A DNA stretch of 64,000 bases, taken from NCBI GenBank assembly GCA_026770705.1, contig JANJGN010000052.1, positions 1 through 64,000 of the forward strand, written 5' to 3'. The notes beneath the pieces were generated by a model. The model did not search any database, was not told the origin of the DNA, and was given only the letters and a program-made list of their open reading frames with translations. Shown one piece after another: positions 38,067 through 52,034 of this stretch. Numbering within the stretch: position 1 is the stretch's first letter; every line of letters begins with the position of its first letter. Made by a program: the position numbers and the translations under genes. This DNA comes from Isurus oxyrinchus (taxonomy: Eukaryota).

Positions 38067-38516
38067 TGTCCACTCCCAGATATTTCATTAGCTTCTGACT
38101 CTCAAACTCTGAAAGAGAAAGGAGTTAATGAGACCTCACCTCTTGTCCGACAGCTCTCAAGAGATCAGAACTGCTTTTGGACAATGTCTTGACAGACTAA
38201 TTTAATTCTCTGTGGGATGATAGGTACTCTGCAGAGAGTTACAAGGCTTTAAGAAAGAAAAACAATGAAGGATTTGCATTTCTATTGCACCTTTCACCAC
38301 CTCAAGACGTCCCAAAGCTCATGTCTCTGCACTTCCCTCATCCCTTGAGCTAGAAAGATGTTCTGTACAACAGACTTGAGCCTCACACCCTGATCTCAAT
38401 AATCAGTAGAAATCTTTCAAAGGTATCAATCATTGGAATCTGTCTTTATAAAGTCACAACATCAACAAAGGACGGTGTTGGTCATGGAAGTGAATTCCAA
38501 TCGTTCCGTTACTTAC

Positions 38517-38660
38517 CCAGGACCCGTCCGACTGCTCGTCTGGAGAGGAACTGCCCACACGCTCTGCTTGAGCTGAATGACCTCTTCCTGTGCTGCTCCC
38601 TCTGTGTGTTTAATTAGAAAGGGTGGATGTGTCACTGTGAGACAAAATGAGGAAGTGGGT
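38517..38660 (-). promoter_or_regulatory. Putative promoter/first-exon module of gene B with PU.1-type site
   Basis: AAAATGAGGAAGTG at 38644-38657; donor after 38517. Confidence 0.5.
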
Positions 38661-38884
38661 AATCAGTGAGAAGATCGAGGATGTTTTGTGCTCTCAGCAA
38701 AACGTTTACCATCTGATGATCTGTCAGCTCATATATGGGCATCTATAGTCATGAAGCTTCTCCATTGGCTCCGTGGGATTAGACTCCTCCCCCTCACCTC
38801 GGAGGCTGAAACTCAGGCGATAAGAGTTCCCAATACAGGTCTCTGGCCTTATGATTCATTTCAACGATCCCTGTTATCATTACG

Positions 38885-39900
38885 GAGGGAGTGCTGCACT
38901 GTCAGTGGGACAGTACTGTGGGAGTGCTGCACTGTGGGAGGGTCAGTACTGAGGGAGTGCTGCACTAGCAGAGGGTCAGTAATGTGGGGGTGCTGCAATA
39001 TCAGAGGGTGAGCAATGTGGGAGTGCTGCATTGTCAGAGGTTCAGTAATGAGGGAGTGCTGCAATGTAGGAGGGACAGTAGTGAGGGAGTGCTGCACTGT
39101 CAGAGGGTCAGTAATGTGGGAGTGCTGCACTGTCAGAGGGTCAGTAATGTGGGAGTGCTGAACAGTCAGCGTGTCTGTACTGAGTGAGTTCCACACAGTC
39201 GGAGGCTCAGTATTGAGGGGGTGCCGGACTGTGGGATGGTTAATACTGAGGTAGAGCGGAGTAAGAGCAGATATCCTTTCATGGCAAAGTTTAACTGGAA
39301 TTTATTTAAACAGAGATTCTTGTACTGTGTGTTATTGCAAAAGAAAGGATTTGAGGAACTAAGTCTTGTTCCCGTAAGCCTAAAAATAATTTTCACTGAT
39401 TTCAATGATGTAGCAATGAAACCTCCCTCTTTGGGCACCAGTCTTGATTGAAACAACTTGCGCAGCACAGTGGGAGGGTGAGTACTGATAGAGTGCTGCA
39501 CTGTGGGAGGTTGAGTACTGAGGGAGTGCTGCACTGTGGGAGGTTGAGTACTGAGGGAGTGCTGCACTGTGGGAGGGTGAGTACTGAGGGAGTGCTGCAC
39601 TGTCAGAGAGTCTGTACCGCGGGAGTGCTGAACTGTCGGAAGGTCAGTAGTGAGGGAGGGATACAGTGTCAGAGAATCAGTACAAAGGGAGTGCTGTACT
39701 GTGGGTGGGTGAGTACTGAGGGAGTGCTGCACTGTCAGATTGTCAGCCATGAGGGAATGCTGCACTGTCAGAAGGTTAGTGCTGACGGGGTGCTGCACTT
39801 GAAAAGGGTCAATAATGAGGTTGTGCAGCACTGTCAGAGGGACAGTAATGAGGGAGCGCTGCACTGACGGAGGGTCAGCACTGAGGAAACGCTGCACTGT
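38885..39900. repeat. 33-bp minisatellite arrays
   Basis: Same unit. Confidence 0.9.
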
Positions 39901-41249
39901 CAGTTCTGAGTGTGGTCCGCAATGTCCTAAGTGCATTCTAGGCACTGCCCAAGATTCCGCCTGATGTCTGTGTAACAACAACATCATGTACACGTCGAGA
40001 ATAATTCTCACTGTGTCTGTGCAGCAAGACAGCTTTGGAATGGCACCACCACTGGCAGGAGTGTGCAACTACAATGTGACATGTTTACATTGGAAATTTC
40101 TATTATAAAGATGGGCAATGGAATTCATATGATGGAGAAAATGTGACAACATGAAGTAATGTCTTTGAGCCAAGAATTTGGCTGCAAAATAAGAATTTTA
40201 ATCTATAAATATCTACAGAACAGGCTGAGCATTTTAATCACTTGAGTTAATCAATGTAATTTTATTCATAACCCAAATGCCTCCTACAATCTATCGCAGC
40301 ACGAAAAAGGTGCAGTATTCAGAAAGCACATTCCAATCAGAGAACAGAGTTTAGCAACGTCACAGTTCTGTTCATTCCTATTCGACCATGTTGGCTGCAC
40401 ACAGCCAGATAATGCCGTGGTTATGATGTGTCCACACAGCAGGACTGGGGAGCACCAGGTATAAGGAAAAGTTTCAGCTTGCTGAGGAGAAGAAGGAGAA
40501 TCTCTCGTTCCAGGTTTCTCTCCGTACATTAAGAAGCAGGCATGCCGATGTTTCATTGCACTCTGTCTGCTGATGGGAGTCCGCTTGGAAATTGCTGTTT
40601 GTGCTGATGGAAAGAATAAGCTTTTCATAAATCGAGGGATTGAGAACAAACACGGGGAGGTTATGCTGAACATTTATAAAGCTCTGGTTAGGTGACAACT
40701 AGAGTATTGTGTCCAGTTCTGGTCTCCTCACTTTGGGAAGGAAGTGAGGGTCCTTGAGAGGGTGGGGAGGAGATTGAGCAGAATGGGTCCAGGGATGAGG
40801 GATTTTAGCTACAAGGTTGGGTTGGAGAAGCTGGGGTTGTTCTCCTTGGAGTAAAGGAGATTGAGGGGGGATCTGATCGAGGTGTACAAGATGATGATGG
40901 GTTTAGATAACGGTAGACAAAGAGAAGCTGTTGCCATTAGCTGATGGTGCAAGGACTGGGGGACACAGATTGAAGGTTTTGGGCAGAGGGGGGATGTGAG
41001 GAGGAACCTTTTAACACAGCGAGTGGTAATGAGCTGGAACTCGCTGCCTACGAGGATGGTGGAAGCGGAGACGATGAACGATTTCAAAAGGAAATTGGAT
41101 GGACACTTGAGGGGAAATAAACTTGAAGAGATACAGGGATAGAGTGGGGGAATGGAACTGACTGGATTGCTCTACAGAGAGACAGCATGGAGTCGATGGG
41201 CCAAATGCCGTTCTTCTGTTCCATGATGAGATTGTTGCTGTACAATGCT

Positions 41250-41389
41250 TCAAACAGTCTGTCGACTTCCTTTCACTGTTTGTTCCTCCCAGACACAGAC
41301 TCCAGCGATAGTGATAACCACAGCCACAAGGAATATCACAGCTCGTATTCCCAGGATCAGGATCACGTGCAGAATCTCTCCTCCACTGT
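41250..41389 (-). pseudogene. Gene C TM-Arg exon (intact frame)
   Basis: SGGEILHVILILGIRAVIFLVAVVITIAGVCVWEEQTVKGSRQTV*. Confidence 0.8.
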
Positions 41390-43073
41390 CTAGAGAACAC
41401 ACAGAAAGAAATCATCACTGACTCTCCGCTTTCAATCTCTCACTCTGGCTGAACAATCAAGCTTCATATCACTGCAACATTTGCTGTAATATTGACCCAT
41501 CCACTGGGATTCAATGTGGAATGAATGTTTTCATTGTAAACACTCTAAGAGTGGACAATCGGAACTTTCCCCTTAGCGTGGAACATTGGTGAGAATGGAT
41601 CATTGTGCTGTTGGACTCCCTGTCCAATGTTTCTCTCCATCGCTGTGTACAGGATTGTGCTGTAGAAAATTCTGGAAACGTTTTGTGAAGGATGGAAATC
41701 CATCTCGGACGCGTGTGCGAATCGGGCAGGATCGAGATGGACTCCCCCATGGACTTACACCCCCCGCTTAATAAACAGTTCCAATCTTTACCCAGAGAGA
41801 GGGGAGAATGTGGAACTCGCTCCCACTGGGAGTGGTTGAGGTGAACAGTATCGATGTATTTACGGGGCAGGAGGGTCAGTAACCAGAGGGACACAGATTG
41901 ACGAACTGGAGGGGGAGATGAGGAGAATTTGTTTTGACAGAGCGAGTTGTTGTGATCTGGAAGGTGCTGCCTGAAAGGGCGGTGGAAGCAGATTCAATAG
42001 GAACTTTCAAAAGGGAAATTGGATAAACACTTGAAGGAGGAAGATGGGGGCAAAGTGGAGTGGTGGTTAGTGGATCTCTTGGGATAGAACATTGAAAGAC
42101 CTGGCACAGGCTCAATGGGCTGAATGGCCTCCTCCTGTGCTGTATCATTCTCCGCTTCCATGATCTCTCCCCCAGTCAGTAACCACTCCAGATCCCTCTT
42201 GAAGGCAACAGAGCAACAGCAACCACCACACCCACAGACAGCACATTCTCGAGGATCACTGCTCTCTGGGAAAAGATGAACTCCCCAACATCCAGCCTAT
42301 TCCTGCTTCCCAGAGAGTGTAAACCCTTCAGGGAGGCACTGAGGAAGTTTTCAATAAAATGACATCAAATCTACCGTTTGAGAAATAATTTAATTCCGAT
42401 GAACTCACAGCTTGTGAGGCAAACTGGGAAGTGGATTTGCTTGAAAAGCTGAGAGATGCAAGGGTTAAGTGCTACCGTGCCACCACTGGTGGTACAGTGT
42501 AACTACAGCGTGACGTTTACATAGGCAATCCCTATTATAAACAAGGACATTGGACATCAGGTGAAATACGGGCAGTGGAAAAGTGAGAATATGATGTAAG
42601 CTTTTCACCAACAGGAATTCCCTTCCTAAACCTCTCCACCTCTCTCTTACTCTCAGATACTCAAACAAAATTTCACACAGATTCACGTAAGGAGGAGTTG
42701 GGACAATTGACTGGTCAAAGGGTTAGGTTTCAGGAAGCTTCTTAAAGGAGGATAGAGAGTTGGAGAGACAGAGAGTATCTGTGAGTGTCTCTATGCATCT
42801 GAGTGTCTGTAATAGACTTTGCAATTTCCATATTCTTCCATAAACATGAAAGGGAACAGAAATCTCAGAATCCAGGTCAACTCTCCGGTGCAGCACTGAG
42901 GGAGGTCAGGTAACCCACTGGGGAGTATTGTGCTAGTGTGTTTGTTTGTGTCTTTGTGTGTGCTCATATACGAGGGATTGTGTATCTGCAGGTGTCTATT
43001 TAGGTCTGTATATTTCTGTGTGTTTGTGTCATGTTTCAATCTGAGACAGATGATGAAATCTGTGTGCACTCAC

Positions 43074-43211
43074 ATTCCACAGTGATGGTTATGAATCCCT
43101 CCACTGCTCCATGTTCATTCTCTGCCACACACTGATAGTCTCCAGTGTCCCTGGATGTAACGTGAGGAATCACCAACCACAGCTCATTGTTGGAACTTGT
43201 TCTGTTCATTG
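43074..43211 (-). pseudogene. Truncated C2 stalk exon remnant
   Basis: Only the MNRTSSNNELW...ITVE half remains; the upstream half is replaced by about 200 bp of unrelated sequence. Confidence 0.8.
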
Positions 43212-43549
43212 TGATATTCAGATATCAGGGCAGGACTCAGCAAGACAGTTCGCATGTTTACCAACAGAAAGTGAACAATAATTTATATTTAAAGGGAAGA
43301 GAGTGCTGATTGGTTGGCAAGTGGTCTCTGATAGGTGGAGGTGTTGCCATGGAAAATAATGTGTGTGAGATGTAAAGTTTAGACAGCTTGTCTCTTCATT
43401 CAGCAACAATCAAATAAAGATCAGTTAACTTCTATGGACTGTGAAGCACTTTGAGAGGCATGAGAATGTGGATACTGAGAACGGGCTGCACTGTCAGAGG
43501 GTCAGCGCTGAGGGAGTGCTGATGTAGAATGAAAGGTGTATGTAATTAC

Positions 43550-43845
43550 CTTGCACAGTTAGTACGAGGGTCCGCTCCGATGAAACAGATGGATATCTCA
43601 CTCTGCAGCTGAGAGTGTGTCCGTGGTGTTTGAGTGATGGGATCAGGGTCAGAACAGAAGTACAGGTCAGAGTGACACCATGCTGAGTTACAGTGTTTGA
43701 GACTGATCCAGGTACGTCAGTGGGAGTGTCCCAGGTTAAGACAGGTGCTGCTGTTCCATTGCACGTTGTGTTGAAGGTGCAGCTTACATCCACACGCTTT
43801 CCTGCAATAATTTCACAGGGAATATTGTGGGTTTATCTGTGAAAT
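43550..43845 (-). pseudogene. Gene C C2 domain-2-type exon, frameshifted
   Basis: 296 nt versus 297; tttcacaggg versus tttcagcaggg. Confidence 0.8.
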
Positions 43846-44572
43846 CTAACAGACAGAGAATGGATCCTTTTAGAGAAATATAATGTGAAGCATCAGTTCA
43901 AATAGAAATCACAGTCCCACAAGAGAAAGCACTTTTACAAGGATGATATCAGAACTGAGAGGTTACAACGATCAGGAGAGAATTTCCTGCTTTAAGACTT
44001 TGGTGTTTCTGTCTCTCAGCTTAATACACGTTCACTCCGAGACACTTGAACTGATAATAGTGGGTGAGGGTGGAGGAGCAGACCAGAGTTTGGAGTGCAC
44101 TACCCCATCAGTCCCTCAGCGATCTGGGCCATTTATTACTTTGCAATTTGTGGGAGATTGCTGTGCGCAAATTGGCTGCTGTGTTTCTCACATTACAACA
44201 GTAACTACAATTCAGGAATCAGCTCATTGGCTGTGAAGTGACTTGGTACATATTGAGGTGGTGAAAGGCTCCATAGAAATGTGAATCTTTCTTTTGTCGA
44301 TATGTCAGACTTCGAGACAGGATTAGAGAGATCGACGCGAGTGGATAACCTGATAACATTGATGGACCCAGTCAATACATTTAATCATTGATATTAAACA
44401 AGTATTAGAGGTTGCTTTTGGACTGAACTGGAAGCTATCACCAGGTTATTGAGAATCAGACAGTGTGTTATAATAAGCTGTGTTTTGTGTTAATATGTAA
44501 ACGTCACAGTTTGCGTTATTTCCTCTTGAGTGTTGAATGTGAATTGTTGAGTAATTATAACACAGCACTTAC

Positions 44573-44938
44573 CAGAAATGTGAAGCTGGGTTGCAGGATA
44601 GTAGCTGTAACTATTACTGTTGTCAAATTCTATTCTGAAAAAATAAGGTCCTGCATCTTCCCGTCAGATGTTGTTTATAATCAGGGAACAGTCACCATCT
44701 TTCAGGTCTCCAGACAGCCGGGTCCAATGGTGGAACCGTGGTAACTCGTGACTGTGATCCTTGGAGTGAAAGGCTATAGACAATGTTCTCCGTTCCTCAT
44801 TATTAAACCAGACTCCACCTCGTGGTTGGTTTTCCAGACACGATGGATAACTGTAATGACATGGAATCTGTACACACGAACCTTCCTGCGCTGTCACCTC
44901 TCGTGGAGTGTCACCTTTCCACTCTTGTGAGGGTTCAG
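44573..44938 (-). pseudogene. Gene C V exon 2 with nonsense codon
   Basis: IINNI-TGA-REDAGPYFFR; paralogs have AGA at this position. Confidence 0.82.
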
Positions 44939-46369
44939 CTGGGGAGAGAAATATCAATATTTAACTCTGGATGTTTTATGGATCCACTGAACCCGATATT
45001 TACTGATGAGGCTGAATTGGGGGGATGGTCAATACTGAGGAGAATGGCAACAAATTATTTTGGCAGGAAGAATAGATAAGCAGAATATTATTTAAATGGA
45101 GACAGGCTGCAGAATGCAGTACAGAGGGATCTGGGTGTCCTTGTACATGAATCACAGAAAGTCAGCATTCAGCAACACCACGGAATGAGGAAGGCAAGTG
45201 GAATGTTGGCCTTTATTGCAAACGGATGGAGTATAAAAGGAGGGAAGTCTTGCAACAGCTGCACAGGGCGTTAGTGAGATTGTAACACGAACATTGTGTA
45301 CAGGCAGTTCAGAGAAGCTTCACTGGGCTGATTCCTGGGATTAAAGGGTTTGTCCTGTGAGGAAATGTTGAGCAGGTTGGGCCTGTATCCATTGGAATTT
45401 AGAAGAATGAGGGGTGACCTTATTGAAACATATCCGATTCCGAGGGGGCTTGACAGGGTGGATGCTGGGAGGATGTTTCCCCCTCGTGGGGGAATCTAGA
45501 ACCAGGGAGCACAGTTTCGGAATGAGGGCTCTCCCATTTAAGACTGAGATGAGGAGGAATTTCCTCTCTCAGAGGGGCGCTAGCCTGTGGAATTCTCTTC
45601 CCCAGAGAGCAGTGGAGGCTGGGCCATTGAATAGACTCAAGGCTGAGTGAGGCAGGTTTTTGATCAACAAGGGAGTCAAGGGTTTGGGGGACAGGCAGGA
45701 AAATGGAGTTAAGGCCACAACCAGATCAGTGAGAGCAGGCTCGAGGGGCCGAATGGCCTGCTCCTGTCCCTATTTCTTATGTTCCTACATTCTTACCTTC
45801 TTAAAATATTAAAGCTGCAGAATAAACATGCAAGTGACTGACCCGCTCGACCCACCTTCCATCTGGGGGTCCCATGGGGAGGACTCTTCCTGAGCCAGGT
45901 CCACCAGCCAACATGGTCTGGATCCGAGCACAGGAGACACGGGGGGGAGTGACTAACAGGCTCCTTGTGACAGGCCCCGTCTGTCCAATGGCTGGCTTTC
46001 AGCTGCCAAGGCCAGAGTGGTCCTTGCTAAAACCGGCTCAGGACAGGCCAGGACCCCTGTGCAGACCCCCTCCAGCGCTGCAGCCTCTGTACAAACCCCT
46101 CATGCGCTTGTGGAGAGACACAAACAAGGCTGCACATTACCGAGGAGAATCCCCTCTACGGACTAAGGGGCTGACTCATCACCCTAAACTCAGCAAATGA
46201 GGAGGCTCTCGCTCGGTATCGGGGCTTGGCATTCGCTCAATAAAAATAATCAAATGACATTTTGGTCAGAAATCTAAGGAGGTTGTACATTCCCTCTAAA
46301 ATAAGACTCGAGCTGGGGTCGAGGGTCAAAGGGCAACAAGTTATATTTACACAACAAATTTAACATGAC

Positions 46370-48060
46370 AAATCACCCCAATGTGCTACACAGGAGCGTC
46401 ATAAAACAAAGTATGTCACCCAGACACATGTGGAGATATTAGCGACAGCTGACCAGAAGAGGTCGGTGTTATGGAGAATCTTCAAAGAGGGATGAAATGG
46501 ATAGTGAGAGAGAGAGAGATAGAGATAGAGAGAGAGAGAGAGAGAGACAGAGAGAGTGAGAGAGAGGGACGGAGAGGGGTTGAGGGAGGGTATTACAGAG
46601 CTCGGGCCCCAGGCAGCTGAAGGCATGGCCGCCGATGTTGGAGTGATGGGATCGGGGGATGGTCAAGAGGCTGGAATTGGATGAGCACAGAGACCTCAGA
46701 GGGTTGGAGGGGCTGGAGGAGTTACAGAGATAGGGATAGTTGTAGGGGCTGGAAAAGTTAAGAGAGATTGGGAGAGTGTAGGGCCTGGAGGAGTTTGCAG
46801 AGGTCGGGAGGGTTGTAGTGACTGGGGCAGGTTACAGGGGCAGGGAAAGTTGTCGGGACTGGAGCAGGCTACAGTGATAGGGAAGCTTTTAGGGGCATGA
46901 GGAAGTTACAGAAATAGGGAGGTTTGTAGTGGCTGGAGGAGGTTGCAGAGATTGGTAGGTTTGTTGGGCAGGATCAATTTGCAGATATAGGGAAGTGGTA
47001 GATACTTCAAGAGGTTACAGAGAATGGGATGGTTGTAGGTACTGGAGGAGGACGAGGAGATTACAGGGATAGTGAGGAAACAAAGATGTAAATTTGGACA
47101 TTGAGACTTTGCTTGACCAAGAGCCAGTCTCGGTCATCGAGCAGAGCGGGTGATAAGGGAACGGGACCTGGTGTGAGTAAGGACGTGGTCAGCAGTTTTG
47201 AATGGCCTCAAGTTTATGGAGTGTAGAGCGTGTGTTGGAACAGTCGAGTCTGGAGGTAATGAAGGCGTGGATGAGGGTTTCAGCAGTAGATGAGCTGAGA
47301 CAGGGTGACGTCGTCCGATGTTACGGAGGTGGAAATAGACGGTGTTAGTGAGGGCGCAGATATGAGGCCGGAAGCTCATCTCAGGATCAAATGGGACAAC
47401 AAAGCTGTGAACAGATTGGCTTCAATCTCAGAGAGCTGCCAGGGAGAGGAATGGAGTTGGTAGCGAGGGAACAGAGTTTGGAGCGGGGAATGAAGACAAT
47501 GGCTTCAGTCTTTCCAATATTTAATTGGAGGGAATTTCTGCCCATCCAGTACTGGATGTCGGATAAGCAGCCTGATAATTTAGCAGCAGTGGAGGAGTCG
47601 AGAGAGGTGGTGGTGAGGTAGAGCTGGGGATCCTCAGTGGACAGGTGAAAACTAACACTGTTCAGATGATGCTGCAAAGCCATTGCAAGTGATTCTCTGG
47701 CTACGATGAGATGGATAAGAATGGAGCCAGGGGAGAGCAGTCCCACCCAGCTGGACGACAGTGGAGAGGTGTTGGAGGAGGATGGTGTGGTCGAGCGTGT
47801 CAAAGGCTGCAGACAGATCGAGAAGGACGAGGAGGGAAAGTTGACCTTTGTCACAGTCACACAGGATGCCATTTGTGACCTTGATAAGAACTGTTTCAGC
47901 ACAGTGGCTGGGGTGGGAACCTGATTGGAGGGATTCAAACATGGAGTTCCGGGAAAGATGGGGACGGATTCGGGAGATGGAAACACGTTCAAGGACTTTG
48001 GAGGGGAAAGAGAGGCTGGAGATGGGACGGGGGTTTACACGGACAGTGTGAGGGGTGGAA
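46370..48060 (-). mobile_element. L2-clade LINE fragment (duplicate of 29800-31400)
   Basis: Near-identical ORF translations. Confidence 0.8.
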
Positions 48061-48306
48061 GGTGTAGTGGGGAGGAGACACTTCACTCAGGGGGGATGTG
48101 TCATCACCCCTCAGCTCGGTTTATGTTACAGCTATGATGTGGATTCAATCACACACAATAAACTCATGGATCTGGGAGCAGAAATAGACAAATCATTAAA
48201 AATAGTGACGCTGGTTAACATGGCCAAAAAACAAGCAAATCAAACACTATTATTTCCCATTGAGTGTTGGATGTGAATTGTTGAGTTATTATAACACAGC
48301 ACTTAC

Positions 48307-48683
48307 CAGAAACCTGAAGCTGGGTTTCAGGGTAATAGTTATGCTCGGACCATTGTCAAATTCTATTCTGAAAAAATAAGGTCCTTCATCTTCCCGTCTG
48401 ATGTTGTTTATAATCAGGGAACAGTCGCCATCTTTCAGGTCTCCAGACAGCCGTGTCCGATGGTGGAACCGTGGTAACTCGTGACTGTGATCCTTGGAGT
48501 GAAAGGCTATAGACCATTTAGACCATTTGTTCTGTATGTACCTCCTCATATACCAGATTCCGACATGTGTTTTCTTTACCAAATGTGATGAGTAACTGTA
48601 ATGACATGGAATCTGTACACATGAACCTTCCTGCGCTGTCACCTCTCGGGGACTGTCACCTTTCCACACTTGTGACAGTCCAA
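48307..48683 (-). pseudogene. Gene C V exon 1, frameshifted
   Basis: 377 nt; atgctcg versus atggctcg in the paralog near 28033. Confidence 0.8.
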
Positions 48684-49744
48684 CTGGGGAGAGAAATATC
48701 AATATTAAACTCTGGATGGTTTGTAGATCCACTAGACTCGATATCCACCCCCTCCATCACTGGGGCACAGTGGCTGCAGTTTGGACCATCTACAGGACAC
48801 ACAAGGAACTCCACAAGGTATCACAATGGATGGAAGAGAATCCTGGACACAGGAGTGGACAAGTTCATTCTACATTGGCTGATGGTCCTCAGGACCCTGT
48901 TTGTGCACAACCTGCTATCCAACAGAACTGAAGTTGGGGAAAATCCATTTGGAATTCCACTGTCCAGGGCATTGTGTTAACTTGCTGAGTTTGTTTTAAA
49001 TCTAACATCTATTTTTGGTCTGTTGCCTTAAAGGGAGTGTAACTGGGAGTCAGGTTAATTAGGAATTTTAGGAGTTATTATAGCAGTCATTGTAGTCTTA
49101 TGTATGTGCTTAAAATCTTTTATTTTGATGACAAATATTTTAATTTATTTCTTTAAATCTCTAAAGGTCTTGGTTCCCTATCAGAGCTCCATAAGAATGT
49201 TCTTTTACAAAGACTATTAGCCATAAATCTGTCCAAGCTGACGATGTTATTACCTTGGAGAAGTGACAGGAGGAAGTAAGATTTCCCGATCATTGTCCAC
49301 TCCCAGATATTCCTTTAGCTTCTGACTCTTAAACTGTGAAAGAGAAAGGAGTTAATGAGACCTCACCTCTTGTCCGACAGCTCTCAAGAGATCAGAACTG
49401 CTTTTAGACAATGTCTTCACAGACTAATTTGGTTCTCTGTGGGATGATAGGTGCTCCGCAGAGAGTTAAAAAGCTTTAAAAAAATAAATCAATGAAGGAC
49501 TTGCATTTCTATAGCACCTTTCACCACCTCAGGATGTCCCAAAGCTCATGTCCCTGCACTTCCCTCATCCTTTGAGCTAGAAAGATGTTCTGTACAACAG
49601 ACCTGAGCCTCACACCCTGATCTCAATAATCAGTAGAAATCTTTCAAAGGCATCAATCATTGGAATCTGTCTTTATAAAGTCACAACATCAAAAAAAGGA
49701 TGGTGTTGGTGGTGGAAGTGAATTCCAATTGTTCTGTTACTTAC

Positions 49745-49890
49745 CCAGGACCTGTCCAACTGCTCACCTGGGGAGGAACTGCCCACACGCTCTGCTTGGG
49801 CTGAATGACCTGTTCCTGTGCTGCTCCCTCTGTGTGTTTAATTAGAAAGGGTGGATGTGTCTCTGTGAGTCAAAATAAGGAAGTTGGATC
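49745..49890 (-). promoter_or_regulatory. Promoter/first-exon module copy (gene C, proximal)
   Basis: Homologous to 18248-18390 and 38517-38660. Confidence 0.45.
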
Positions 49891-50446
49891 AAAGTGACAG
49901 AGCAGCTCATGTTTTGAGATGTTGGTGAACTGTTAACCCTTTGTGTCCTGACCCTGTGGTGATATTTCTGCTCACAGGTGGACAGTCATTGACCAGGAAT
50001 TTCTCCTGTGGGTCAGTGGGTTTCACAGCCAAATTCAGGGGGTCAGAATGTTGTGGGGTTCAAGACCCGATTCAGGGGACGTCTGCCCCACAGAGTAGAC
50101 TGAAACTCCCCAGTGTCAGTACTGAGGGAGTGCTGCACTGTCGGATGGTCATTACTGAGCGAGTGTTGCACTATTGTAAGGTCAGTACTGAGGGAGTGCT
50201 GCTGTATCAGAGGGACATTAATCAGGGAGTGCTGCAATGTTGGAGGATCAGTACTGAGGGAGTGCTGCACTGTTGGAGGGTCAGTATTAAGGTGCTGATT
50301 TACAAGACAGGACAATGGATTAGGAGCCCTCAGAACTCCCCCATTATCACCGTCATGAATCACTTATTAGCCTAACATTCCTGTCTGCTCCTCAACACAG
50401 CTGATTGGTTAATCTGATTCAATCTGATTGGTGCACTTTGTATGTT

Positions 50447-50767
50447 CATTGTCTAAGGAATCTCTTTGGATCCTCATTGTCTAAGGAAACTCTTTGGATC
50501 CTCATTGTCTAAGGAATCTCTTTGGATCCTCATTGTCTAAGGAATCTCTTTGGATCCACATTGTCTGAGGAATCTCTTTGGATCCTCATTGTCTAAGGAA
50601 TCTTTTTGGATCCTCATTGTTTAAGGAATCTCTTTGGATCCTCATTGTCTAAGGAATCTCTTTGGATCCTCATTGTCTAAGGAATCTTTTTGGATCCTCA
50701 TTGTTTAAGGAATCTCTTTGGATCCTCATTGTCTGAGGAATCTCTTTGGATCCTCATTGTCTGAGGG
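50447..50767. repeat. 28-bp tandem repeat (cattgtctaaggaatctctttggatcct), about 11 copies
   Basis: Direct inspection. Confidence 0.93.
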
Positions 50768-52034
50768 ATTATTTCTGATCCAAACCCCATATTGTTGTAT
50801 TGTTGATTCCGATGCAGCATTGTAGACTGACTTGTCCCCAAGCTCAGCACTGACCCTACTCCAGCAGACACTGTGAAACACACTAACAAAGTGCCTCTAG
50901 CCTGAGCTCTGCATGTGTCGAGAGAAAGACAAATATACAGACTGAATATTGACACCTTTACACACAGACAGCTTTACCTTCCTTCTCTCTTTCAGTTATC
51001 TTGCTCCCTTATTGAAGTATCTAGCAAGGTGAGAATGGACAGGAAGTGTGACACTGAACAGCCTGTCTATTCTAGGAGCTGCTGTGTTGTCTTCATGGGA
51101 AATTCTGATTAAAATCAGCAAAAGACACAAATTTCATTCCTTTGCTATCGGCGTCCAAGCATCAGGATAGACTTCATCCCCCAGTATTTATCACTGTTTC
51201 TCAACTCAACACCTCACACCCTCTGCCACTCGCTGACCTGCACTGGCTCCCAGTCCAGCAGAGCCTTGAGTTTAAGACTCTCATCCTCAATTTCCATTCC
51301 CTCCATTCCTCTTCTCCAATCACTTTCTCCTCCAACCATGCAAACCTCAAAGTCCTCTGCTCTCCTCCAATTCTGCTGTCAGACAGGGAGTCAGTGTATA
51401 TCAGTGAGCACAGGGGTGATGGGTGAATGGGACTTGGTGTGAGTTTGTACACTGGCTCACTGCTGAATCTGTTCCCAATCACAGCTCAATAAGAATTATG
51501 TTTTACAAAGATGATTAGCCATAAATCTATCCGAGCTGACAATGATATTACCTTGGAGAAGTGACAGGAGGAAGTAAGATTTCCTGATCATTGTCCACTC
51601 CCAGGTATTTCATTGGTTCTCAAGCTGTGAAAGAGAAAGGAGTTAACGAGACCTCACCTCTTGTCCGACACCTCTCGAGAGATCAGAACCACTTTTAGAC
51701 AATGTCTTCACAGACTAATTTCATTCTCTGTGGGATGATAGTTGCTCTGCAGAGAGTTACAAGGCTTTAAGAAAGTAACACAATGAAGGACTTGCATTTC
51801 TATATCGCCTTTCACCTGCTCAGGACACCCCAAAGCTCATGTCCCTGCTCTTCCCTCATCCCTTGAGCTAGAAAGATGTTCTGTACAACAGACTTGAGTC
51901 TCACACCTTGATCTCAATAATCAGTAGAAATCTTTCAAAGGCATCAATCATTGGAATCTGTCTTTATAAAGTCATAACATCAACAAAGGACGGTGTTGGT
52001 GGTGGAAGTGAATTCCAATCATTCCATTACTTAC

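Larger units (their letters stand above)
41250..51591 (-). pseudogene. Gene C: pseudogenised duplicate of activating gene B
   Basis: Leaders at 51552-51591 and 49254-49293; V 48307-48683 (1-bp deletion near 48343); V 44573-44938 (TGA at 44664-44666); C2 43550-43845 (1-bp deletion near 43815); C2 remnant 43074-43211 (5' half and acceptor lost); intact TM-Arg exon 41250-41389. Confidence 0.82.

Noticed and set aside
16440-48700. Possible RAG-rearranging V segments (Ig/TCR/NAR-like)
   Set aside because: V exons are complete through the G strand, end in splice donors, lack the YYC motif and have no heptamer-spacer-nonamer RSS that I could find; CACAGTG-like words in the minisatellite lack nonamers.
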